Of a stretch of DNA of 64,000 bases, positions 38,222 to 46,833 are shown piece by piece. Position numbers and translations under genes: made by a program. The stretch lies in the sequence record OR545507.1. One strand, written 5' to 3'. Numbering within the stretch: the stretch's first letter is position 1; the number at the start of each line of letters is the position of its first letter. Under the pieces are notes generated by a model. That model saw only the letters and a program-made list of their open reading frames with translations. It was not told where the DNA came from and made no database searches.

Positions 38222-38429
38222 TTACACCAATTTTGATTTCACATATGTTATTTGATTTACTCGCTTCAGTCAATAACATTTTGTGCTCTTTACTGAAAGT
38301 GTGGAACAGTGGTTTGACATGCCACATTTCGATACCATCCAGTACTGAAAATTTTTCACTAAATTTAATCATTGATTCTTGTAAAAAATATCCTGTAAGA
38401 TTTATTTCATCACACATGCAAGTTTCCAA
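38130..38429 (-). CDS. hypothetical protein
   Basis: ORF track. Confidence 0.5.
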   Translation of the reverse strand: METCMCDEINLTGYFLQESMIKFSEKFSVLDGIEMWHVKPLFHTFSKEHKMLLTEASKSNNICEIKIGVNVYKGMVIFFDNNSNYFYIVKEHYVDKYKY

Positions 38430-38703
38430 GAAAATTAATCACATCTGCATGTGATAATGTATCATTACCTTCTAGTACATTAATGATAAACGGCACTTGA
38501 CGATATAGTTCAGCCAGGAATTGTACCTCATCAGATGTGTAAGAATATCCCATAGGAACAACCTGTGCAGTCCAGTTTCCTAGAGTTTTGTTAGCAATAA
38601 TTGCAACTACAGTATTACCTTTGTATTCAACATGGATGGAACGAAATCCTGATTGCTCATTTTGATCCCAAAGTACTGGATTGGTTTTGAACAGTACTGA
38701 CAT
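38410..38703 (-). CDS. hypothetical protein
   Basis: ORF track. Confidence 0.6.
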   Translation of the reverse strand: MSVLFKTNPVLWDQNEQSGFRSIHVEYKGNTVVAIIANKTLGNWTAQVVPMGYSYTSDEVQFLAELYRQVPFIINVLEGNDTLSHADVINFLGNLHV

Positions 38704-38705
38704 AA

Positions 38706-39239
38706 TTATTTCCTCATGTATTTTATAACGTCTTCAAATAATTGTATTTTTAAGTCCTCGTCATTTCCAGGTAAAAACTCACGAAAACTATCAAAATCTT
38801 CATTTTTTGCGAAGTTACGCATTTGTGTTGAGCTATATTGACTTACATTACGGTCAATACCTGCCTGAATTGCTTTTATACTACAAAAATTATACAACTT
38901 ACCATTGTACATGTCAAGAGTTTTTTGAAAAGAATCAATACGGTCAGAACCACAAATGAAAAGAACATCTAAGTACTTTCCATCCAGTTCTCTCATTATA
39001 TCAAATAGATTGTCTTCTGTGTAGATGTTCTCTTGCACTGAAGGATAGAATCCCTCTGTATAATACATTTTTAGTTCAGGTGGGAGTGGGTTTTTTATAT
39101 TGTCAGTACTGGTGCTTAGATATATTTTTAAATCAGCATTGTACTGTTCTTGTAATGTTTTGGCCTTTTCAAAAACTAAACCATGTCCACGATGTACAGG
39201 ATTAATACGACCAAACGTTAATACACATGTTTCTTTCAT
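38706..39239 (-). CDS. cytidylyltransferase-like (HxGH) nucleotidyltransferase
   Basis: FGRINPVHRGH, KNPL, GSDR, SSTQMR. Confidence 0.8.
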   Translation of the reverse strand: MKETCVLTFGRINPVHRGHGLVFEKAKTLQEQYNADLKIYLSTSTDNIKNPLPPELKMYYTEGFYPSVQENIYTEDNLFDIMRELDGKYLDVLFICGSDRIDSFQKTLDMYNGKLYNFCSIKAIQAGIDRNVSQYSSTQMRNFAKNEDFDSFREFLPGNDEDLKIQLFEDVIKYMRK

Positions 39240-39757
39240 AAATTCTTCATCACCAATCCGAGAGATTTAAGATAATTAATTTTAGCAGTGGTTAAGTACT
39301 TATCCAGTACTATCAGACACGAAGGAAATGGTGCTGAATCTGTTTTCTTATCGGGTTCTTCTGGTATACCAAATCGTAATCTTCCCTTAATAAAACAAAT
39401 ACAATCACATATTTTAGCAGCATAATCCTGAAAAGCAATTGTGTCGGTTCTTGAGGGTACAAGAATAACTACAGTTGCCCCGTTATTATATGCATCTACT
39501 GCTTTAGATAACCAAGTTTTCAAATCACTGTATGGTGGATTCAACCAAACTATATTATTTCCCCAATCCTGTGATAGTGAATCATCTTCTGGAGTGAAAA
39601 AATTATCACACAATGCAGTCTCATCAACACAAGCAGCATCAAGTGTAAATCCCCATAACTCATCCAAATCTTCAAAGAAATCTTTGGGAGTTGTCCAGTT
39701 ATCTTTTCCAGTACTGAAATGTACTGAATGTTTTTTCGAAGCATCCTTCTTCGACAT
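39236..39757 (-). CDS. phage N6-adenine DNA methyltransferase (T1/HP1 Dam-like family)
   Basis: WTTP, FTLDAAC, WLNPPYS, LVPSRTDT, GRLRF, APFPS. Confidence 0.88.
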   Translation of the reverse strand: MSKKDASKKHSVHFSTGKDNWTTPKDFFEDLDELWGFTLDAACVDETALCDNFFTPEDDSLSQDWGNNIVWLNPPYSDLKTWLSKAVDAYNNGATVVILVPSRTDTIAFQDYAAKICDCICFIKGRLRFGIPEEPDKKTDSAPFPSCLIVLDKYLTTAKINYLKSLGLVMKNL

Positions 39758-39773
39758 TATATAATTCCTTTTG

Positions 39774-40316
39774 TTAGAGACAGTTGTGTACTATCTTATC
39801 AAAAGTACTACTGTCAATGTTATATTCATATAAAAATTTAAAATGTGAACCGTAACGCATCATCAGATTAAACTCTTCTTCAGTATTGAACTTGTAATCA
39901 TGAATAGTCTCAGGGGTACATTTTAAACCCAAGAACTCTATAATTTCAGATGTTACATCATATCCTGAATTGAAGTATTTAACCCAAACACATTTTCCTT
40001 GTGGGTTGTATTTTCTATATTCTCCTTCTAGTTCTCCTTTAATAATATGAGCCTTAACACTTATTGAATTATTACTATATCTTTCTTCAAAATAATTACC
40101 ATACTGGGCTTTTGATATTGTTGGTTTTTGAGTAGGAAGTAATTTAACTGAAGTTACTTCAATTCCATTTTGTAATTCCTTTATATAAGAAATGCATCCT
40201 TTTTCTTTAATAACCACATATCCAGTAAAGATATCTTCGTCTTGTGATTGATTAATGCAATCATCAAAATTCAAAGTTTTATAAGTAACAGTTTTTTCTT
40301 TTCTAATAAATGCCAT
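39774..40316 (-). CDS. hypothetical protein with MORN-like segment and degenerate FQ module
   Basis: EGEYRKYNPQGK; TEEEFNLMMRY; start moved to MAFIRK behind an AGGA RBS. Confidence 0.6.
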   Translation of the reverse strand: MAFIRKEKTVTYKTLNFDDCINQSQDEDIFTGYVVIKEKGCISYIKELQNGIEVTSVKLLPTQKPTISKAQYGNYFEERYSNNSISVKAHIIKGELEGEYRKYNPQGKCVWVKYFNSGYDVTSEIIEFLGLKCTPETIHDYKFNTEEEFNLMMRYGSHFKFLYEYNIDSSTFDKIVHNCL

Positions 40317-40429
40317 CATTATTCCTATGGAAACATCAATGAATATACGTGACGTTGATTGCATCAACATCAGTAGAATTATCATGCTACGCATGTCTAA
40401 TTCTACACAAGTACTATTTTCTTTTAATT

Positions 40430-40935
40430 AATATTGACGGGGTTTGCTTGAGCATATTTCATCCCCCCGCAGGGGAAAGAACAAAAAAATTTGACGCTGG
40501 TGGCCTTCACATAGTTCATATCACGAATTCTCTTACGAGACGAAAGCGGGTTGCTCTGTTTCTCTCTATCGCGGTTCTTGTAGCAACGGTCGTCGGTCTT
40601 AAACATCCCGACACATAATACAAATACCATATGACCAGTACTTGTATTTGATTTCACAAAATTTGGACGCAACTATATTGTATAATTCCGACCGCATATT
40701 TCTTATGAAATCTCCCTTAGATAATTGGTAAGGTGCGATCCTTATATGTCTATCGAGGAACTCTCTTTATCCTATTGGAGTTCTTTATACAGCCGCATTG
40801 CCGTGAGTGGTTCAAACTATGCCATCATCTAACGGGTTTCATCTGCTGTTCGTACTGAAAGGACTACTCATCTACCCTCTACATTTTCGAGTGGATTAGG
40901 CTTTTAATCATTTCCTTATGGGAACCTTTCAGGAT
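40430..40935 (-). ncRNA. candidate large structured non-coding RNA or leader
   Basis: No credible ORF, GC-richer than flanks, at least six helices, downstream of a promoter; family not recognised. Confidence 0.4.
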
Positions 40936-40936
40936 T

Positions 40937-40971
40937 AAAAAAAGGTGACTAACATATTATGTTGTCACCTT
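40937..40971 (-). terminator. rho-independent terminator
   Basis: AAGGTGAC...GTCACCTT plus T7 on the minus strand. Confidence 0.7.
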
Positions 40972-40973
40972 AT

Positions 40974-41001
40974 ATTATATCATTAACTTATCATTTGTCT
41001 C
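40974..41001 (-). promoter_or_regulatory. extended -10 promoter
   Basis: GAGACA-16-TATAAT with TG. Confidence 0.5.
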
Positions 41002-41854
41002 AGTTATATTCGGTTTTTTCTGTGAAATTTGTTAGTATATCAACACTAAAACTTCGAATAACCTCAATCCTGCTTGGCATGAAACGATGTTTATTTTTAA
41101 TATACAACTCATCATCTTCAATAAAAGACGTAAAAATAAATGTCATATCTTCACGTGGAATTTGTAAAATATCACACATTTCATTTGCCGATGCTACTGG
41201 TGAATCGTTGTAGTACTGAGAGTATGCACTAGATTGGCGACCGATTATAATAGAATTTCTGATTAGAAAATTACTACAGTACTGAAAATCTTTGTAGTAC
41301 TTTTCAATAATGTAAGGCATAAGTGCTTCTTTCACGTCTTCATAACCATTAGTACTATCAATTGCTATACAGTAATCTTCACGTTCTTTTTTCTCATGAT
41401 GGTAATCATAAACATACTCAAAGAATGAATTTTTATTTAATGAATCATTTAAACCAACTGACCCACTATAGTATGATTTTCTATCATTCATTCGATCATC
41501 TGGGCATGATGCATACATAGAAGTGTCATGTGATGATGTACCAATATAAATTTTCTTAGTAATATGATTATACGCTATGTAATCATAATCTTGAACTCCA
41601 GTCAGCATTAACTGGAACATTAAATCATCAGGAACATCAATTAACGGGTACTCAAACTTCGAATATCTACTGCGGCAGAAGTTCTTTTCAAATGCTCGGT
41701 ATGCGATAAAATCTTTTAGATTTTTACAAGATTCATGTTCATGAGCACTACTGCTACGTACATTGACATTAGTCGATGTGCAATATCCATCCGAATCTTC
41801 GGTGAAGTTACCAGCATAATCCTTATTGTAGTCAACGATTAGATAAAGTTTCAT
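41000..41854 (-). CDS. hypothetical protein with FQ-like module and a YxxxxxxxxxYIG segment
   Basis: DDLMFQLML; YIAYNHITKKIYIG. Confidence 0.65.
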   Translation of the reverse strand: MKLYLIVDYNKDYAGNFTEDSDGYCTSTNVNVRSSSAHEHESCKNLKDFIAYRAFEKNFCRSRYSKFEYPLIDVPDDLMFQLMLTGVQDYDYIAYNHITKKIYIGTSSHDTSMYASCPDDRMNDRKSYYSGSVGLNDSLNKNSFFEYVYDYHHEKKEREDYCIAIDSTNGYEDVKEALMPYIIEKYYKDFQYCSNFLIRNSIIIGRQSSAYSQYYNDSPVASANEMCDILQIPREDMTFIFTSFIEDDELYIKNKHRFMPSRIEVIRSFSVDILTNFTEKTEYN

Positions 41855-41866
41855 ACATCTCCAGAC

Positions 41867-41900
41867 AAAAAAAAGGACGAGATAACAAATCCCGTCCTTT
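41867..41900 (-). terminator. rho-independent terminator
   Basis: AAAGGACG...CGTCCTTT plus T-run. Confidence 0.75.
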
Positions 41901-41906
41901 GGTTTA

Positions 41907-42212
41907 TTAGTGACTTGCCCAGCAGTAAACAGGACGTAGATTTTCCATTGGATTTACTTCAGGCTTCAGTACTGTTACACGTACTTCATATGGAGTTCCA
42001 TCTGCGTGATGGAATGTTTCATAATGAATACTTTCAATAAATGTTTCGTATTCTTCTTGTGAACGTGAACGTACTGATGATGAATATTTCTTTTTAGAAT
42101 CTGCTTTAAGTGTAACACTAACTAGTTCTGATTCCTCACCTTCTTCAAGTTTGTTGAAATCGAACTCTGGTACACCTTCAAACATATCAAATTTCATTCC
42201 ATTGTCTTCCAT
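41907..42212 (-). CDS. hypothetical protein
   Basis: ORF track, AAGGA RBS. Confidence 0.65.
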   Translation of the reverse strand: MEDNGMKFDMFEGVPEFDFNKLEEGEESELVSVTLKADSKKKYSSSVRSRSQEEYETFIESIHYETFHHADGTPYEVRVTVLKPEVNPMENLRPVYCWASH

Positions 42213-42261
42213 TTTTAAATTCCTTTTATATAATGTTAATTAGATATTTTTAATAAGCAGA

Positions 42262-42648
42262 TTAGATTGTGTCATACTGTAGTGTTCCGTGACGGAATTT
42301 TTCAAGTCGTGCTAGAACTTCTTTTCGTTCAACAATTTCTGGAACATCTTCTTGTAGTTGATCACAAACTTCAACAATGAAGTCCCAATCACTCTCACAA
42401 CTTTGTCGTACCGCCTCAATTGTTTTCCAATCAGTACTGATATCACCATCAGCATTTTGATATACAGGCCAAACTTTTCCATAATCAGCAATGGATTTGT
42501 CATTTAGAATACGAATGGCATTGAAAATCTGACCAGTACTGAAGTGTTTTGTATTCTTCATATCTTCTAAACAGCATAGCTTTGGCTCACCTTTTACTTC
42601 AATGAGTAAAACACCACCAATTGCTTTTAGGACTGAACTTGTATTCAT
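42262..42648 (-). CDS. hypothetical protein
   Basis: ORF track, GGAG RBS. Confidence 0.65.
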   Translation of the reverse strand: MNTSSVLKAIGGVLLIEVKGEPKLCCLEDMKNTKHFSTGQIFNAIRILNDKSIADYGKVWPVYQNADGDISTDWKTIEAVRQSCESDWDFIVEVCDQLQEDVPEIVERKEVLARLEKFRHGTLQYDTI

Positions 42649-42664
42649 CTATATCTCCGTTATC

Positions 42665-42712
42665 AAAAAAAAGATGTGAACATTATATCACAAGAATCTA
42701 ATATGTTCACAT
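42665..42712 (-). terminator. terminator hairpin whose loop and 3' arm contain a TG-TATAAT promoter element
   Basis: ATGTGAACAT/ATGTTCACAT 10-bp inverted repeat plus T8; TATAAT at 42682-42687. Confidence 0.6.
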
Positions 42713-42720
42713 TATTTTCA

Positions 42721-43014
42721 TTAGATTTTAATAATATTGTACCAGTTATCAAAATCCTCAATTGCTAGAATGAACATATTTTCATCATTGAAATCTAAAA
42801 TATGTTCATTGTATAGGTAACTAATGTACTTGTTTTTGCATAGTCTAGCATTCATTAGTAACATTTCTACTGCACGTTCATAAGAACAAGGAACAAGGTA
42901 TAACTTAGTACCATCTTGGTGAATAATTTCCTCAGCACCATGTGGTATAAAACGTTCTGCTGTATGTGGAATATACGGCTTAGTTTTAAAAATAATTTTG
43001 AATTTAGTATCCAT
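42721..43014 (-). CDS. hypothetical protein
   Basis: ORF track, GGAGG RBS. Confidence 0.65.
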   Translation of the reverse strand: MDTKFKIIFKTKPYIPHTAERFIPHGAEEIIHQDGTKLYLVPCSYERAVEMLLMNARLCKNKYISYLYNEHILDFNDENMFILAIEDFDNWYNIIKI

Positions 43015-43030
43015 ACCAAATCCTCCAGAT

Positions 43031-43885
43031 TTATAATGTTTCTTTTATGTTATGTAACATAGTATTAACTATGCACATCTTACCACCTAACTTGTAGTAA
43101 TATTCTAACTTATTAATAATATTACTTTTTAATATATCAAATATTTGATATTCATTTGGATCGAAACTAAGTTCGAATTGGAATGTATATAAATTGTTAA
43201 AGAGGTGAACTAATGATGCATCTGGTGATTCCATTGTAACTGTATATTTTTCACGATAACCAGTACTAATCACTACTTCGGATATATCACCTTTCATGTA
43301 TATGTCAATATTGTACATCATTGGTCTGCCTGTGGCAATATCTTTCATGCGAAAGAATGCAGTACTACGATATACAATGCCTTCTGAAACCTGTTCTTGT
43401 ATAGTGATATTTGAAACTTCACTCTCTTGGAATTTGGACTCGAATGAATGAGTGTAATTTGTTTTTTCATTATCCGTGTGCATAGTACATGTGTATTTTC
43501 CAAAATCATCTCTAGATGTATATGATTTATCACTGCTAGTTTTATAGAACGAAACACCATTAATATGTTGTTCTTTATACATCATCGTGTCATGGGATTT
43601 GTAGTATGAACAATTAGGTGTTGAAAGAGATTCAAACTTGTTCACGTCATGACAGTAAGAAATAGAAGAATCGCTATACATTACTACATCACGAATTGCA
43701 ACTTCTTTTGTAAAACCTTTTTTGACGGAAATTTGAAAGTCATTGTATGGGAAGATTGTATATCCATCGTATGCATCTGATGTACTGATACCAAATGGTG
43801 TAGTAGAATTCAGAAATTCGTTGATATGTTCAAGTACTGAATACTTTTTAAAATTAAGAAAATCTGAAATATCTAACATATACAA
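43031..43885 (-). CDS. hypothetical protein
   Basis: 284-aa ORF, GAGG RBS. Confidence 0.7.
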   Translation of the reverse strand: MYMLDISDFLNFKKYSVLEHINEFLNSTTPFGISTSDAYDGYTIFPYNDFQISVKKGFTKEVAIRDVVMYSDSSISYCHDVNKFESLSTPNCSYYKSHDTMMYKEQHINGVSFYKTSSDKSYTSRDDFGKYTCTMHTDNEKTNYTHSFESKFQESEVSNITIQEQVSEGIVYRSTAFFRMKDIATGRPMMYNIDIYMKGDISEVVISTGYREKYTVTMESPDASLVHLFNNLYTFQFELSFDPNEYQIFDILKSNIINKLEYYYKLGGKMCIVNTMLHNIKETL

Positions 43886-43901
43886 TCCTCATAAATTTAG
43901 A

Positions 43902-43931
43902 CAAAAAATTAGTCGAGAATAAATCTCGACT
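43902..43931 (-). terminator. rho-independent terminator
   Basis: AGTCGAGA-n5-TCTCGACT plus T-run. Confidence 0.65.
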
Positions 43932-44040
43932 TGTGTTTTACTTTACCATTTTTCATTTCTTTTTTACGATCCACATGTGTCTGAGGCTTGTTAAACTCAT
44001 TCATGTGTTTCTGTACGAAATTGTTTACTTTCTTAGCCAT
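43909..44040 (-). CDS. small basic protein (43 aa)
   Basis: Manual translation MAKKVNNFVQKHMNEFNKPQTHVDRKKEMKNGKVKHKSRFILD; GGAG RBS. Confidence 0.65.
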   Translation of the reverse strand: MAKKVNNFVQKHMNEFNKPQTHVDRKKEMKNGKVKHKSRFILD

Positions 44041-44042
44041 AC

Positions 44043-44516
44043 TTACTCCAAACTGGGATCTTTAACTGTTAGACTTTCTATGTCACTCGCATAAAGAACT
44101 ACATTGGATTGATTTTCAGACACTTTAAAGTCGTGATAACTGTCTTTGACGATAAAATTATCTAATATAAACCCTTTACTACAGCACATCATAATTTTAT
44201 CATCTTTGATTGTGTAGGTGTTTTTCTTTTTACGTACTTCAGATTGTGGCGTAATACTATCGTTATTACGAATAACACAATCAATATATTGTTCATTTGT
44301 ACTCATAGGCATACCCATGATAAACGAGTTTTCAGTACTGATTGTTAGTATAAAAACGTTAGTATTTGGGTTGTGAAAAAAATCATGCATTGTCTTGCTA
44401 CACAAAAATAGACATTGAATAATGTCCTTCACATTAAACATTATATCATGAACTTTGAATGCGTCCAACTCTAAAATGTCATCAATTTTCCCATTTTCAA
44501 CAGTTTTAATCTCCAT
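44043..44516 (-). CDS. hypothetical protein
   Basis: ORF track. Confidence 0.65.
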   Translation of the reverse strand: MEIKTVENGKIDDILELDAFKVHDIMFNVKDIIQCLFLCSKTMHDFFHNPNTNVFILTISTENSFIMGMPMSTNEQYIDCVIRNNDSITPQSEVRKKKNTYTIKDDKIMMCCSKGFILDNFIVKDSYHDFKVSENQSNVVLYASDIESLTVKDPSLE

Positions 44517-44558
44517 GATCTATCCTTGATCTTCTAATGCACTCCATGTGCGTTTTTA

Positions 44559-45056
44559 TTAAGTCACTGCATTATACTTCTCTATAGCATTAGTAATATT
44601 TAATATAGCTTCAGGAACCATTTCTTTATTGTATTCACGTTTTAAATTTTCCATTTTCTTAATAATTTCCAAGAAAAATGGCAAAATACATGAAGTATCT
44701 GTAAAATTACATGAGTACAAAGTACTCATTTGAAATAATTCACCTGAATCAATATTAAGAGATTTGTATTCCTTAACAATGTTTTCGTTTGTATTGAAAA
44801 TATGAAATACTGTTCCCATGTGATGAAGATATACACCATTCTCATTTTGAATATGGCATGGTGTGATTACAATAGCAGTGTTGTCAATATTATTTACTAT
44901 TGATAAACGTAGACTATGTAAACCTAAAATAACAGTACAATCACTTGAACTGCTTTGAATTTGGTCAGCAGTTTGTGTAACACTTGTAATATTTTCCCCA
45001 TCAAGACAACTCTTGATTTTATCAAATGAATTTTTCATTGATTTAGTTAGATACAT
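44559..45056 (-). CDS. family A paralogue
   Basis: SGELFQMSTLY. Confidence 0.7.
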   Translation of the reverse strand: MYLTKSMKNSFDKIKSCLDGENITSVTQTADQIQSSSSDCTVILGLHSLRLSIVNNIDNTAIVITPCHIQNENGVYLHHMGTVFHIFNTNENIVKEYKSLNIDSGELFQMSTLYSCNFTDTSCILPFFLEIIKKMENLKREYNKEMVPEAILNITNAIEKYNAVT

Positions 45057-45460
45057 TTATGAACACCTTCGAAATATTTGATTAATGATTTTATCATATC
45101 GCTACTAATGCCATGTAAGTCAACACCTAAACACTCGTATTGAAAAAAATCAATATCCTCCAGTGTGTTTAGATCAATTTCCACCTTATCATGACCCAAC
45201 GAATTCATAATAACGTTTTTATCATTAATTGTCAAGAAAGTTTTTTTATCTGAACCTAAAAAGATTTTTACATGTTTTTTTGGCATTACATCATAAGATA
45301 AAGATTGTGAACCATAAATGTATATGCCTTCCATTGAACCAATATCTATAAAATATAGACGAATCCCTTTGTGGTATTTTGACTCCTTAGTGATCGCCTC
45401 TATTAGTTCATCTGTGGTTGTTAACCTTGTTTCTTTCTTCTCTAAATTGCTCAAATGCAT
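45047..45460 (-). CDS. family A paralogue
   Basis: EDIDFFQYECL. Confidence 0.65.
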   Translation of the reverse strand: MHLSNLEKKETRLTTTDELIEAITKESKYHKGIRLYFIDIGSMEGIYIYGSQSLSYDVMPKKHVKIFLGSDKKTFLTINDKNVIMNSLGHDKVEIDLNTLEDIDFFQYECLGVDLHGISSDMIKSLIKYFEGVHKCI

Positions 45461-45881
45461 AAAATAATACCTTGATCATTTGTAATGTTTCTGACATTAC
45501 ATCAGCAGAAAATTGAACATCAGTGTATTTTACCATAGTACTTTGAGTAAAGAAAGTAGCTTCAATATCTTCAAGGTCAAATGGTTCATCAAATAAATTA
45601 GTACTGAACATATCAGTTTTTTTCTTATAAGTCAACATAAACTTAGCACTGTATCTCAATACAATTTCATCTTTACTTACTAAAATTCGTGCAATGTTCT
45701 GTCTACCCAGTGTTGTAATGTTAACATTAAACGTATTCTTTCGTGCCTCAACAATATCAACGAAATAACCATCACCTTGGTAAACGTTATGACGAACTTC
45801 TAATCCTTGTTGAACTGTATTGAACAGTGCGTCCTGGATAAAATAATTTGCAGTATCGATGTTTCCTAAAATATCTAACAT
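45408..45881 (-). CDS. family A paralogue (degenerate)
   Basis: EATFFTQSTMV. Confidence 0.6.
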   Translation of the reverse strand: MLDILGNIDTANYFIQDALFNTVQQGLEVRHNVYQGDGYFVDIVEARKNTFNVNITTLGRQNIARILVSKDEIVLRYSAKFMLTYKKKTDMFSTNLFDEPFDLEDIEATFFTQSTMVKYTDVQFSADVMSETLQMIKVLFYAFEQFREERNKVNNHR

Positions 45882-46411
45882 AACTTCTCCTTTATAGCTG
45901 TCATATTTAGAAGAAATTCAGTAAGCAATTCCTCCGTAACATGCTCTGTATACCAGAATATCACAATATCTTTTGAAAGTCGTGTATTCATAAAAATATC
46001 TACTAACTCTTTGTAGAACTCTAGTGTTTCGAGATTTGTGAGAATTAACGAGTACTGAAAGAGTAATTCTTCCGTTAGATTAAATTCTGGATAAAGTAAA
46101 TCATTGAACTCATGTGATGCAGTTTGAACTTTAATTTCTTTGAAGTTATTGGTTATACAACCGGAATAAATATTTCGGTGCAACTCTCTGTACAACGCAG
46201 CATAATCTATGAATTTTGCTTTAGGGTTAAAATCAAGAACACTTTCACCTTTATATGACAATCGGTGGAACGCCGAGAACATAGTCACTTCCCACGGTTG
46301 CTTAATATCTAGCTCAGTAATATCAATATTATTGGACAGAAGAACCGTAAAAATCTCACCAATCTTTAATAGTAACTTAGTACGTGCCAGTGCTACCATC
46401 GGGTCAGTCAT
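45875..46411 (-). CDS. family A paralogue
   Basis: TEELLFQYSLI. Confidence 0.7.
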   Translation of the reverse strand: MTDPMVALARTKLLLKIGEIFTVLLSNNIDITELDIKQPWEVTMFSAFHRLSYKGESVLDFNPKAKFIDYAALYRELHRNIYSGCITNNFKEIKVQTASHEFNDLLYPEFNLTEELLFQYSLILTNLETLEFYKELVDIFMNTRLSKDIVIFWYTEHVTEELLTEFLLNMTAIKEKLC

Positions 46412-46824
46412 TATACACCTTCATATTCATCAAGAAAATCTTCGATAATCATTTCAGCTTCATCCATATGCATAGCATCAACTTCAATGATGCGAACTTT
46501 AGATGCATCCCAAATCATAAAGCTAGGAACATTATCAGGCTCGTAGTCATTTTTGTACTGAACAGCATCATAACCTTGAGCAGTGCAATTCTCAATAAGT
46601 GAACGCCACTCATCATCACTGCCTAAATCTTCACACAGAAGCACGTTATCAACATCAACTTCTAAGGTATGCAAGTATACTGTACATGCGTCTACTACGT
46701 TCAGTGGGCTTCTCAGCTTGCGTAATGCAGCTTCCAAAGCACTGTGTTTACCTCCCATATGAAGACCACCATACGGGATATAAAAGTTATCAATTTTTAC
46801 AGTACTCGCATGATACAGTTTCAT
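46411..46824 (-). CDS. ADP-ribosyltransferase-like small protein
   Basis: LYHAS ... GLHMG ... YKNDYE ... SFMIWD pattern. Confidence 0.5.
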   Translation of the reverse strand: MKLYHASTVKIDNFYIPYGGLHMGGKHSALEAALRKLRSPLNVVDACTVYLHTLEVDVDNVLLCEDLGSDDEWRSLIENCTAQGYDAVQYKNDYEPDNVPSFMIWDASKVRIIEVDAMHMDEAEMIIEDFLDEYEGV

Positions 46825-46833
46825 ATTTCATTC

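Noticed and set aside
40349-40672. ORFs 40349..40618 (+) and 40424..40672 (-)
   Set aside because: No convincing RBS, atypical composition for this genome, and they overlap the hairpin-rich region; kept only as an alternative to the ncRNA hypothesis.
40430-40935. tmRNA, RNase P RNA, tRNA or group I intron identity for the non-coding island
   Set aside because: No tRNA-like GTTCGA/CCA ends, no GAGGAAAGTCC with a matching P4 partner, and intron-like fragments are out of order with no interrupted host gene.
41000-41854. GIY-YIG homing endonuclease
   Set aside because: Only a loose Y...YIG segment; the downstream conserved Arg/Glu/Asn pattern could not be confirmed by eye.
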